Assembly: GCA_032718475.1 (NCBI GenBank)
Contig: JAUCBJ010007364.1
Coordinates: 1 to 61,714, forward strand
DNA length: 61,714 nucleotides
DNA from: Nemertoderma westbladi
Lineage: Eukaryota > Animalia > Xenacoelomorpha
Direction: 5' to 3'
The translations under genes were made by a program, and so were the position numbers. The stretch's first letter is position 1. Every line of letters begins with the position of its first letter. This document shows positions 49,793 to 61,714 of this stretch, piece after piece. The notes beneath the pieces are model-generated. The model ran no database searches and was not told the DNA's origin. It worked only from the letters and a program-made list of their open reading frames with translations.

Positions 49793-52700
49793 GGTAGTTC
49801 GTACGTAGCTGGGTAGAAATCAACTTACTGGTAGTTCATAAGTAGCGGATAGAAATCAACTTACTGGTAGTTCGTACGTAGCTGGGTAGAAATCAACTTA
49901 CTGGTAGTTCATAAGTAGCGGATAGAAATCAACTTACTGGTAGTTCGTACGTAGCTGGGTAGAAATCAACTTACTGGTAATTCATAAGTAGCGGATAGAA
50001 ATCAACTTACTGGTAGTTCGTACGTAGCTGGGTAGAAATCAACTTACTGGTAGTTCATAAGTAGCGGATAGAAATCAACTTACTGGTAGTTCGTACGTAG
50101 CGGGTAGAAATCAACTTACTGGTAGTTCGTACGTAGCTGGGTAGAAATCAACTTACTGGTAGTTCATAAGTAGCGGATAGAAATCAACTTACTGGTAGTT
50201 CGTACGTAGCTGGGTAGAAATCAACTTACTGGTAGTTCGTACGTAGCGGGTAGAAATCAACTTACTTGTAGTTCGTACGTAGCTGGTAGAAATCAACTTA
50301 CTGGTAGTTCGTACGTAGCTGGGTAGAAATCAACTTACTGGTAGTTCATAAGTAGCGGATAGAAATCAACTTACTGGTAGTTCGTACGTAGCTGGGTAGA
50401 AATCAACTTACTGGTAGTTCATAAGTAGCGGATAGAAATCAACTTACTGGTAGTTCGTACGTAGCGGGTAGAAATCAACTTACTGGTAGTTCGTACGTAG
50501 CTGGGTAGAAATCAACTTACTGGTAGTTCATAAGTAGCGGATAGAAATCAACTTACTGGTAGTTCGTACGTAGCTGGGTAGAAATCAACTTACTGGTAGT
50601 TCATAAGTAGCGGATAGAAATCAACTTACTGGTAGTTCGTACGTAGCGGATAGAAATCAACTTACTGGTAGTTCGTACGTAGCGGGTAGAAATCAACTTA
50701 CTGGTAGTTCGTACGTAGCGGGTAGAAATCAACTTACTGCTAGTTCGTACGTAGCGGATAGAAATCAAATTACTGGTAGTTCGTACGTAGCGGGTAGAAA
50801 TCAACTTACTGGTAGTTCGTACGTAGCGGGTAGAAATCAACTTACTGGTAGTTCGTACGTAGCTGGTAGAAATCAACTTACTGGTAGTTCGTACGTAGCG
50901 GATAGAAATCAAATTACTGGTAGTTCGTACGTAGCGGGTAGAAATCAACTTACTGGTAGTTCGTACGTAGCGGGTAGAAATCAACTTACTGGTAGTTCGT
51001 ACGTAGCCGGGTAGAAATCAACTTACTGGTAGTTCGTACGTAGCGGGTAGAAATCAACTTACTGGTAGTTCGTACGTAGCGGGTAGAAATCAACTTACTG
51101 GTAGTTCGTACGTAGCGGGTAGAAATCAACTTACTGGTAGTTCGTACGTAGCCGGGTAGAAATCAAATTACTGGTAGTTCGTACGTAGCTGGTAGAAATC
51201 AACTTACTGGTAGTTCGTAAGTAGCTGGTAGAAATCAACTTACTGGTAGTTCGTACGTAGCGGGTAGAAATCAACTTACCTACTGGTAGTTCATACGTAG
51301 CGGGTAGAAATCAACTTACTGGTAGTTCGTAAGTAGCTGGGTAGAAATCAACTTACTGGTAGTTCGTACGTAGCGGGTAGAAATCAACTTACTGGTAGTT
51401 CGTACGTAGCTGGGTAGAAATCAACTTACTGGTAGTTCGTACGTAGCGGGTAGAAATCAACTTACTGGTAGTTCGTACGTAGCGGGTAGAAATCAACTTA
51501 CTGGTAGTTCGTACGTAGCCGGGTAGAAATCAAATTACTGGTAGTTCGTACGTAGCTGGTAGAAATCAACTTACTGGTAGTTCGTAAGTAGCTGGTAGAA
51601 ATCAACTTACTGGTAGTTCGTACGTAGCTGGGTAGAAATCAACTTACTGGTAGTTCATACGTAGCGGGTAGAAATCAACTTACTGGTAGTTCGTACGTAG
51701 CTGGGTAGAAATCAACTTACTGGTAGTTCGTACGTAGCTGGGTAGAAATCAGCTTACTGGTAGTTCGTACGTAGCTGGTAGAAATCAACTTACTGGTAGT
51801 TCGTACGTAGCGGGTAGAAATCAACTTACTGGTAGTTCGTACGTAGCGGATAGAAATCAACTTACTGGTAGTTCGTACGTAGCGGGTAGAAATCAACTTA
51901 CTGGTAGTTCGTACGTAGCGGATAGAAATCAACTTACTGGTAGTTCGTACGTAGCGGATAGAAATCAACTTACTGGTAGTTCGTACGTAGCGGGTAGAAA
52001 TCAACTTACTGGTAGTTCGTACGTAGCGGACAGAAATCAACTTACTGGTAGTTCGTACGTAGCGGATAGAAATCAACTTACTGGTAGTTCGTACGTAGCG
52101 GATAGAAAACAACTTACTGGTAGTTCGTACGTAGCGGATAGAAATCAACTTACTGGTAGTTCGTACGTAGCGGATAGAAATCAACTTACTGGTAGTTCGT
52201 ACGTAGCGGATAGAAATCAACTTACAGGTAGTTCGTACGTAGTGGATAGAAATAAACTTACTGGTAGTTCGTACGTAGCGGATAGAAATCAACTTACTGG
52301 TAGTTCGTACGTAGCGGGTAGAAATCAACTTACTGGTAGTTCGTACGTAGCTGGGTAGAAATCAACTTACTGGTAGTTCATAAGTAGCGGATAGAAATCA
52401 ACTTACTGGTAGTTCGTACGTAGCGGATAGAAATCAACTTACTGGTAGTTCGTACGTAGCTGGGTAGAAATCAACTTACTGGTAGTTCGTACGTAGCTGG
52501 TAGAAATCAACTTACTGGTAGTTCGTACGTAGCTGGTAGAAATCAACTTACTGGTAGTTCGTACGTAGCTGGTAGAAATCAACTTACAGGTAGTTCGTAC
52601 GTAGCGGGTAGAAATCAACTTACTGGTAGTTCGTACGTAGCGGATAGAAATCAACTTACTGGTAGTTCGTACGTAGCGGGTAGAAATCAACTTACTGGTA

Positions 52701-54607
52701 GTTCGTACGTAGCGGATAGAAATCAACTTACTGGTAGTTCGTACGTAGCGGATAGAAATCAACTTACTGGTAGTTCGTACGTAGCGGGTAGAAATCAACT
52801 TACTGGTAGTTCGTACGTAGCGGATAGAAATCAACTTACTGGTAGTTCGTACGTAGCGGATAGAAATCAACTTACTGGTAGTTCGTACGTAGCGGATAGA
52901 AATCAACTTACTGGTAGTTCGTACGTAGCGGATAGAAATCAACTTACTGGTAGTTCGTACGTAGCGGATAGAAATCAAATTACTGGTAGTTCGTACGTAG
53001 CTGGTAGAAATCAACTTACTGGTAGTTTGTACGTAGCTGGTAGAAATAAACTTACTGGTAGTTCGTACGTAGCGGATAGAAATCAACTTACTGGTAGTTC
53101 ATACGTAGCTGGTAGAAATCAACTTACTGGTAGTTCGTACGTAGCGGATAGAAATCAACTTACTGGTAGTTCATACGTAGCTGGTAGAAATCAACTTACT
53201 GGTAGTTCGTAAGTAGCTGGGTAGAAATCAACTTACTGGTAGTTCGTACGTAGCGGGTAGAAATCAACTTACTGGTAGTTCGTACGTAGCTGGGTAGAAA
53301 TCAACTTACTGGTAGTTCGTACGTAGCTGGTAGAAATCAACTTACTGGTAGTTCGTACGTAGCTGGTAGAAATCAACTAACTGGTAGTTCGTACGTAGCT
53401 GATAGAAATCAACTTACTGTAGTTCGTACGTAGCGGGTAGAAATCAACTTACTGGTAGTTCGTACGTAGCGGGTAGAAATCAACTTACTGGTAGTTCGTA
53501 CGTAGCGGATAGAAATCAACTTACTGGTAGTTCGTACGTAGCTGGTAGAAATCAACTAACTGGTAGTTCGTACGTAGCGGGTAGAAATCAACTTACTGGT
53601 AGTTCGTACGTAGCTGGTAGAAATCAACTTACTGGTAGTTTGTACGTAGCTGGTAGAAATCAACTTACTGGTAGTTCGTACGTAGCGGGTAGAAATCAAC
53701 TTACTGGTAGTTCGTACGTAGCGGGTAGAAATCAACTTACTGGTAGTTCATACGTAGCGGGTAGAAATCAACTTACTGGTAGTTCGTAAGTAGCTGGGTA
53801 GAAATCAACTTACTGGTAGTTCGTACGTAGCGGGTAGAAATCAACTTACTGGTAGTTCGTACGTAGCTGGGTAGAAATCAACTTACTGGTAGTTCGTACG
53901 TAGCGGGTAGAAATCAACTTACTGGTAGTTCGTACGTAGCGGATAGAAATCAACTTACTGGTAGTTCGTACGTAGCGGGTAGAAATCAACTAACTGGTAG
54001 TTCGTACGTAGCGGGTAGAAATCAACTTACTGGTAGTTCGTACGTAGCGGAAAGAAATCAACTTACTGGTAGTTCGTACGTAGCTGGTAGAAATCAACTT
54101 ACTGGTAGTTCGTACGTAGCGGGTAGAAATCAACTTACTGGTAGTTCGTAAGTAGCTGGGTAGAAATCAACTAACTGGTAGTTCGTACGTAGCTGGGTAG
54201 AAATCAACTTACTGGTAGTTCGTACGTAGCGGGTAGAAATCAACTAACTGGTAGTTCGTACGTAGCGGGTAGAAATCAACTTACTGGTAGTTCGTACGTA
54301 GCTGGGTAGAAATCAACTTACTGGTAGTTCGTACGTAGCGGGTAGAAATCAACTTACTGGTAGTTCGTACGTAGCGGAAAGAAATCAACTTACTGGTAGT
54401 TCGTACGTAGCTGGTAGAAATCAACTAACTGGTAGTTCGTACGTAGCTGGTAGAAATCAACTTACTGGTAGTTCGTACGTAGCGGGTAGAAATCAACTTA
54501 CTGGTAGTTCGTACGTAGCTGGGTAGAAATCAACTTACTGGTAGTTCGTACGTAGCGGGTAGAAATCAACTTACTGGTAGTTCGTACGTAGCTGGGTAGA
54601 AATCAAC
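49793..54607. repeat. 36/37-bp exon-end plus splice-donor minisatellite, proximal block, about 130 units
   Basis: Same unit as 34671-37776; the first unit (54607-54571) is the coding end [11 protein letters not shown] plus GTAA. Confidence 0.97.
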
Positions 54608-54806
54608 TTTTGCTGCTTCCAAACGACCGTTTTCTCTTTCTACCATCTTCCGATATCGTTTTAGATTTTTAATCATAAGATTTTTGCGGGTCAGCTCGTA
54701 ATGATTACGGAAATGACAGATCCTCATGTGTTCCTCTAAGTAGGCGTGGTCGAAAATCTCCTTCATAAAGCCGACGTCACACCAGTAGAGATCCCATTCG
54801 GCTTCA
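54575..54806 (-). CDS. TTLL9: TTLL9 exon (D)[11 protein letters not shown]...[12 protein letters not shown]...[11 protein letters not shown]
   Basis: tttttattctcag acceptor; donor CCA|GTAAGT. Confidence 0.94.
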
Positions 54807-55352
54807 CTGAGAATAAAAATACACGGGACATAATATGTTTCATGCACGTAAACATGGCATAAACAAACAGCCCCCCTAATGTATGTAGCACGCTAAGTCA
54901 ATGACATTTTGTTGATTAAATATTGTTGTTAAATATTGATTAAATATTTTAAAACATTGCACGGCAAGGTGGCATTTGGTGTCCACCGTAAAATTATATT
55001 TGTAATTCTATATCTATATACTCTAACCTAAGGGGGGGGGGGGGGGGGGGTGCTTACCAAAAATCATTAAATGGCAGAGGAATAGTAATTTGAAAATTAG
55101 GGGTGGAGTAAAGGTGTTTAAATAATTATTATCTTCATATTATTAATATATTCAAGTACGTACAAGCAATGAATCTATATTATGTATAAGTTCTATACTG
55201 ATTATTAATATGAATTATATATGTACAAATTATTATTAAATTTAATATATTAAGTTAAAGATTATCGCGTTTGCTGTTACTTCCATCCTTTTATTGTGTT
55301 TCCCTCAATCATTCACTTAATTATTATTATTGATACAGATATACCATATAGG

Positions 55353-56289
55353 GTACTTTACTTACTCTTTAACGTCCTGTCACCCCCTGGCCCGTAGGAC
55401 GTCTAGGATGGTACTTTACTTACTCTTTAACGACCAGCCACCCCCTGGCCCGTAGGACGTCTAGGATGGTACTTTACTTACTCTTTAACGTCCTGCCACC
55501 CCCTGGGCCGTAGGACGTCTAGGATGGTGTTCTGGAGGTACTTTACTTACTCTTTAACGTCCTGCCACCCCCTGGCCCGTAGGACGTCTAGGATGGTGTT
55601 CTACTTACTCTTTAACGTCCTGCCACCCCCTGGGCCGTAGGACGTCTAGGATGGTGTTCTGGAGGTACTTTACTTACTCTTTAACGTCCTGCCACCCCCT
55701 GGCCCGTAGGACGTCTAGGATGGTGTTCTACTTACTCTTTAACGTCCTGCCACCCCCTGGGCCGTAGGACGTCTAGGATGGTGTTCTGGAGGTACTTTAC
55801 TTACTCTTTAACGTCCTGCCACCCCCTGGCCCGTAGGACGTCTAGGATGGTGTTCTGGAGGTACTTTACTTACTCTTTAACGTCCTGCCATCCCCTGGCC
55901 CGTGGCACGTCTAGGATGGTGTTCTACTTACTCTTTAACGTCCTGCCACTCCCTGGCCCGTAGGACGTCTAGGATGGTACTTTACTTACTCTTTAACGAC
56001 CAGCCACCCCCTGGCCCGTAGGACGTCTAGGATGGTACTTTACTTACTCCTTAACGACCAGCCACCCCCTGGCCCGTAGGACGTCTAGGATGGTGTTCTA
56101 CTTACTCTTTAACGTCCTGCCATCCCCCGGGCCGTAGGACGTCTAGGATGGTGTTCTACTTACTCTTTAACATCCTGCCACCCCTTGGCCCGTAGGACGT
56201 CTAGGATGGTGTTCTGGAGGTACTTTACTTACTCTTTAACGTCCTGCCATCCCCTGGCCCGTAGGACGTCTAGGATGGTGTTCTGGAGG
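55353..56289. repeat. 58/69-bp exon-end plus splice-donor minisatellite, 15 donor-bearing units
   Basis: Minus-strand unit (ctcc)agaacaccatcctagacgtcctacgggccagggggtggcaggacgttaaaga|gtaagt(aaagtac) = LQNTILDVLRARGWQDVK plus donor. Confidence 0.95.
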
Positions 56290-56357
56290 AAACATTTGAA
56301 TCTGATTGGCCGATCGAGAGTTGGTCTTCTACGTTCCAAATATTTCGGATAACCAGC
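56233..56357 (-). CDS. TTLL9: TTLL9 exon AGYPKYLERRRPTLDRPIRFKCFLQNTILDVLRARGWQDVK(D)
   Basis: ctacag acceptor; donor GA|GTAAGT; phase 2 matches the next exon. The upstream ATG-bearing exon was not found. Confidence 0.88.
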
Positions 56358-57950
56358 CTGTAGATGAATTAATTACTATAATATTATAATATAATTAATT
56401 AGTTAATGTAATCATCCTGAGACATCGATAGGATGCAACTACCGATCACGGTCTGATAATCTCAACTTAAGTTCTCGATTCTTTCAACCCTTTAGAGGAA
56501 CCGCGCTGGCGCTCGGTAAATAAAATGCCTCGAGAATATTGGAAAAAAAAAGAAATAAAAAAAATAAAAATTTTTTTTCCCCTGTAAAAGGGAATTTTTT
56601 TAAGTTCCTTGATAGAGCGATATACGTGTTACAAAATAAATTGAACTGCAGTATCTCACTTACTTAGGCCTATTGCTTCCATGTTACTGATATTACCAAT
56701 TACCTTAAACTTCAACTCCTGATGCTGCCTTACTTAATCTTAAATAATTTATTGTTCTTGAATATTTAGTACGTAACTAGAAAGCCACTTAATGGAACCC
56801 CCCCCCCCCCCCCCCCACGTAACACTTTTTTTGAAATGTCTACAATTTCACAATAATGAGAGGACCAAGAGTAGACCTACATTATATCAGGGAAGTTTAC
56901 AATTATGCACGGCCGGTCACGTCAGGCGCGTCCCAGGGAATTCAATGACACGCTGATATTTGCAATCAAGACGATTCTTATGCCGATATTTCAAATGGAA
57001 AATATATTGTGGATTCCACTTCATTTCTAGGGCGGAGCAAAGTACAGAAGTAGGCCTAAGTAGATACAGGTACGGGTATCAGCGGTAATGTTGGAAAAAA
57101 GATGAGAGCTCGTAGTTTTACAACATATTGTATGGGAATTTAATTATAGGTGAGAAGACGTCATCACCAACATCCTAAATGTATGATAGCCATATGATTG
57201 TAGACTATGCAGCATTGTATCCAGTATGCAGCACTCATAAGCTGTATTGAAGCAGTTCATTACAATTCTTACAATTATCATAATAACCGCGAATCCTGGC
57301 ATTTATTTAGCAAAAGACGTGCTGCGCGAAGGCTGCACCAATTTTAATTTTTTGAATTTACTAGCTTCAGTACCACGGGCTTTGCCTGAGACTTATAGTT
57401 TTCTTAAATATCGAAATGTATTACCTTTTTAATTATAACTATAATACCGGTAGTTTAATGAAATCAAAATTTTATTTCACCTTTCCACTAAGTCGATGTT
57501 TCTACAACTCATTTTCCCATAGGACCAATCGTTTTCTTAAATAGTGAAATTTATTACCTTTTTAATTATAACTACATTTGTTTTATTTCATTATTTATTT
57601 ATTTCATTAACATTATACACACAGGTTTGATACCATGTTGATTGTTGTCTCCATGCGAAGTTTCGGCTTCATACAATTTGTGGTACTGGAGTTATACGCG
57701 TACAAACAAACGTACTGTACAAACAGATACAACTTTATTACAACTTTCTAGAACTTTATTTTTGTAATTTTATAGTTTTTTTTCTTTAATCCCTTAAATT
57801 TTTAAATAATTTTTCAAAAAATTTAGTATTTTCACATTTATATACTTTTGAACCGCTGGATGGATTTTGATTCTGTTTTCTGCACATTGTAGCCAAACAT
57901 TTCAGCTTTAATATGACTTACCATAATTTTGATATTTGATGTTGATACAA

Positions 57951-60900
57951 CCCAAGCAGCATGCGATATCCGTCGTATCTGTCGGATATCCGTTTTCCCA
58001 AATTTGTAGATATGTTTTTAATATTTTGGTGGCCCTCTTGTGACATTTATTTTAATATACAACATTGTTGTAGCCCTCTTGTAACATTTGCATGTAACTA
58101 ACTTTTCCAACATATCAGGTGACTGAAGGATATACCTCCGATAAACGCAATATCAGATTTATTTTTAGCGATATTCTGTGCATGTATATGTTATTCCAGT
58201 TATATCAGTAAACGACAAAGGAATTTATTCATGGGAATAAATTTTTGACTAAAATAACTCCTGATTTCCATACATGTTGACGATGTAATGCTGATATCGT
58301 TATCCATATTTATAGTTTTCTGGAAGTAAAGAGTGCAAATACGATGTTTATCTGATATTTTTTGTATATTATCTCAGCATATTATACGATGAGCAAGAAT
58401 ATTAAATATACTGAGAATAATATACAGACAATGTACGCAAAGTGGTGGGATTTATTACGGTTATTGTTCGTATATCGTTTTGAGACTTTTGAGACGATGT
58501 TGCACGTGGACGTGGGAACAATTTGTTAACAAACGTGGAATATACGAAAAATATCCGCTGGCCTATTCACAATATACGAAACATAACAGTTTTCTTTCCC
58601 ACGCTAGCAACTACACATTAGGAGTACATGTTGTTATTGCATAGAGACAATTAGACTAGCCTATATATCACTGTCAATTGCCATCTTGTGCAATTAGTCT
58701 TGTTGAGACTTGCGAGCAGGTGAACTATTACAGTATTATATATAAAACATATTTCGTTAGTATACAGTAGTTATTGTTTAATTCATCTGCAAATGTTTGT
58801 AATGTTTTACAGTAAAATTAAACATAATTTATATTAAATTTATAGTTATAAATTTATAAATTTATAGTTTATAAATTTATAGTTAAATTTATAACTTACC
58901 GGTAGATAAAATTATATTAAACAAGAAAAATTTAGATAAAATATAAAAATAATAAAAATACAAATAGGGTAACATTTACCGCCATAAGAGTAGGGTAACA
59001 GTAACTACTGCATTGCATAGTAATACGGCATTCCGTGAATGACAGAATTACCCTGCTTTTTTGTGATTTCTGTGTTAATTAAAGCAAATTAAATGTTTAT
59101 GTAAATTTATTTCGCTAACTAAAACTCTAAAATCCAAAATTTGCAGTTATTAGTCATAAGACACACGGACCGGACATGGATTACCATACTGGATAAAATT
59201 TGAGAATGGAATATAATGGTTAAGCCTGAACAAAGACGTAAAATTATAAACAATACAAAAATTTCCTATTGTAATCGATCCAGAAGAAACCACAGAAATA
59301 ATGAAGTTAAACGATTACTGGGTGCATTAGCAATACGCCCACACCGACAACTCAACTGGATGGGGCAGCAAAAAGGGGGCACTTTACCTTCCTTGCCATC
59401 TACCGCAGTTACTGAGGTGGACCGTGGCGAAGTTGTCAACCTTCCCTCTTCTTCTTCAATTCCCATTCATGATGATATTCAAGCAATACCGGTAAGCATT
59501 GACAATGAAAATCCAATTTTGTCAGAAGCCGTCGAGAGTGAAGATGATGTCAGCGAGAGTGAATGTGAAATATATTCTGTGTCTTCTGAAATATCTTCAG
59601 TTGATGGATACAAGTACGACAAAAACAGGTTATTAATCGATATTAATAAGCTTGCTATAAGTCATAATGTTAATCACACCATTCTGAGAGGATTTCTTGA
59701 CATTTTGAGAAAGCATATAGACGAATCCTTGCCCAGTGATCCTAGAACTGTACTTAAACTCAACACGGGAATGGGTACCATTGTACCTGTTAAACCAAAA
59801 TTTGTAGCTGGCGGCTATTTATGTTACTTTGGTATATTAAATGGCATTACTTCCATGTCGCACATTTGTAGAAATCTATGCAAAGATGTGCTTTCTGTGT
59901 CAGAAAATAACAGAATTTTGTGCTTGCAAAGTAACATTGATGGCCTTCCCATTTCTCGAAGTTCTTCAGCACAATTTTGGCCAATTATCGGCAGTTTAAC
60001 AAACTGCAATCTTTGTCCACCATTTATAATTCAGTTATTTTATGGTACCAAGAAGCCGCATCCATTCAATGACTACTTAGCGCCCTATGTTGATGAAATG
60101 AAAAGTCTTCAAGATAAAGGTTTACCTGTGAATGATGTTAGTTGCCTGTTGAATAATTCAGGGGGAATTATTTGTGATACCCCGGCACGATCTGCAACTA
60201 AATGCATCAAAGGGCACACAGGGTATAACTCTTGTGATAAGTGCACTATTGAGGGTGAGCATTTTAATAATCGTCAAGTATTTACAGAGTTAGACGCAGA
60301 ATTGCGTACAAATCATTCATTCCGAAATCAGCACGATCCTGAACATCATAATGGAATATCAATAATAGAGAACTTACCTATTGATATGGTGTTGGACATT
60401 CCACTGGATTACATGCATCTTTGTCTTCTTGGAATAATGAAACGATTAATTACTAAAGTTTGGATGACGGGGCGATTAAAAACACGTTTATCAAAGGCAG
60501 TGTTAGATAAATTATCGCAAATTATAATCTCTACTAGATCATGTATTCCAAATGAAATCAATCGAAAACCCCGTTCAATACACGAAGTCAAATGGTGGAA
60601 AGCCACAGAATTCAGAACATTTATATTATATATTGGACCAGTAGTTTTAAGCAAGAATGTAGCACAGGAGGTTTATCATAATTTTCTTCTGCTTCACACA
60701 GGGATAACCATTCTGATCAGCAAAGAATTTCATCTCAAATATAATGAATATGCTGAAATGTGCCTACGGGCATTTGTCAAACATTCAATTAAGTTATATG
60801 GAAAAGCTTGGGCATCATACAATGTCCATTCAATCATTCACTTGGCTAAGGATGCTGCCAGATTTGGTCCACTTGATTCATTTAGCTCGTTTAAATACGA

Positions 60901-61714
60901 GAATGTTTTATTCCAAATGAAACGTCAGCTTCGCTCTCCTTACAAACCCTTGGAGCAACTAGCTAACCGTCTCAGTGAGCAGAGGGGTTTGCTAAAATAT
61001 GCAGATGGTAGATGTACCACCCATCGGAACGAACATAATGGAAAACATGAAATTCCTGTGGTGGAATCCACAAATACATATTTGTATTACAGAGTTTTAT
61101 TAAATACAGCGCGGAATTTTAAATTATCATGTGCTAGTACATCCCCCGATAGATACTGTTACATATCATTGGAAGAAAATAATGTGTTTCCCATTGAGAT
61201 TAATCATATAATGTTTGAAAAACAAACTAAAATATGGTTTGTATCTGGTAGAAAAATAATCACTGATGACTTTTTTACTTACCCTTGTCCATCTAGATGT
61301 TTACATATATTCAAGGCATGTGGTATTAACTCGACACAAATTATATATGACTGTGATAAAATAATCTACAAAGGAATTAAAATACAAGATGTATTGTATC
61401 CTATGTGGCACACTGGTAAATAAATAAAATTCCGTATTTATTACTCGTCAACTAAGTACTAAATATAATTAGTAAATGGGGTTGGTGAGTGAAAAAATTG
61501 TTGGGCTAAAAACAATTAAATAATGTTTACTTAATAAGGTTACCTGAATCAAGTTGCGAGGTGTGTTTTTCGTTAAAACATATAAATAACAAACATAATC
61601 AAAAACATTAAAACATATAAATAAATACAAATATAAATTTAATTTTAATTTATAAATTAAAGTATATATATATTTTTTTTTATTATATACTCTATATATA
61701 GTTTTAAGTCCATA
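57951..61714 (+). mobile_element. EnSpm/CACTA-type DNA transposon, left end tentative, right end not seen
   Basis: Candidate terminus CCCAAGCAGCA at 57951; candidate 5'-UTR intron 58720-59146 (CAG|GTGAAC ... GCTAAC ... TTTGCAG); transposase ORF downstream. Confidence 0.55.
59216..61423 (+). CDS. EnSpm/CACTA (Tnp2-family) DDE transposase, 735 aa
   Basis: LPSDPRT, NIDGLP..FWPI, CDTPARS..KGHTGYNSCDKC, DYMHLCLLG, WKATEFRTF, YNVHSIIHL, FGPL..FSSFKYEN. Confidence 0.92.
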   Translation: MVKPEQRRKIINNTKISYCNRSRRNHRNNEVKRLLGALAIRPHRQLNWMGQQKGGTLPSLPSTAVTEVDRGEVVNLPSSSSIPIHDDIQAIPVSIDNENPILSEAVESEDDVSESECEIYSVSSEISSVDGYKYDKNRLLIDINKLAISHNVNHTILRGFLDILRKHIDESLPSDPRTVLKLNTGMGTIVPVKPKFVAGGYLCYFGILNGITSMSHICRNLCKDVLSVSENNRILCLQSNIDGLPISRSSSAQFWPIIGSLTNCNLCPPFIIQLFYGTKKPHPFNDYLAPYVDEMKSLQDKGLPVNDVSCLLNNSGGIICDTPARSATKCIKGHTGYNSCDKCTIEGEHFNNRQVFTELDAELRTNHSFRNQHDPEHHNGISIIENLPIDMVLDIPLDYMHLCLLGIMKRLITKVWMTGRLKTRLSKAVLDKLSQIIISTRSCIPNEINRKPRSIHEVKWWKATEFRTFILYIGPVVLSKNVAQEVYHNFLLLHTGITILISKEFHLKYNEYAEMCLRAFVKHSIKLYGKAWASYNVHSIIHLAKDAARFGPLDSFSSFKYENVLFQMKRQLRSPYKPLEQLANRLSEQRGLLKYADGRCTTHRNEHNGKHEIPVVESTNTYLYYRVLLNTARNFKLSCASTSPDRYCYISLEENNVFPIEINHIMFEKQTKIWFVSGRKIITDDFFTYPCPSRCLHIFKACGINSTQIIYDCDKIIYKGIKIQDVLYPMWHTGK

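Larger units (their letters stand above)
22258..56357 (-). other. TTLL9: TTLL9 gene span: 9 coding exons, 424 aa plus stop, start exon not identified
   Basis: Exons join in frame with GT..AG introns and give a continuous TTL-domain protein with TTLL9-type sequence ([83 protein letters not shown]). Confidence 0.93.

Noticed and set aside
34667-53212. [12 protein letters not shown]-type ORFs
   Set aside because: Out-of-frame readings of the 36-bp unit, interrupted wherever a 37-bp unit occurs.
34671-56232. Repeat units as tandem alternative exons or canonical recursive splice sites
   Set aside because: Units lack a polypyrimidine tract and acceptor and have no AG|GT junction preceded by one; read-through hits a stop immediately.
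759-56289. Arrays as CRISPR loci
   Set aside because: Head-to-tail units with no unique spacers, no cas genes, and a eukaryotic context.

Overview
AT-rich, repeat-dense animal (invertebrate-like) genomic DNA. Two host genes lie on the minus strand: a multi-exon tubulin polyglutamylase TTLL9 (9 coding exons resolved by hand between 22258 and 56357, phases consistent, start exon not found, one U12-type intron) and an intronless palmitoyl-protein thioesterase 1 (PPT1, 18248-19153). Most of the rest is minisatellite arrays (47, 60, 38, 65, 36/37 and 58/69 bp units) and transposons: a young 12-kb BEL/Pao LTR element that encodes Gag-protease only, a second LTR of that family, an intact EnSpm/CACTA-type transposase ORF, CRE/RTE/L2-like LINE fragments, and several MITEs. 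Two observations stand out. (1) Three of the eight TTLL9 introns start with tandem arrays whose unit includes the 5' splice site; in two of them it also includes the end of the exon, giving roughly 200 extra copies of the real donor in one intron. (2) The BEL/Pao element has no tRNA-type primer-binding site; the 12 nt next to its 5' LTR are instead perfectly complementary to a 12-mer inside its own LTR, which suggests Tf1-like self-priming. All coordinates and copy numbers were read by eye.
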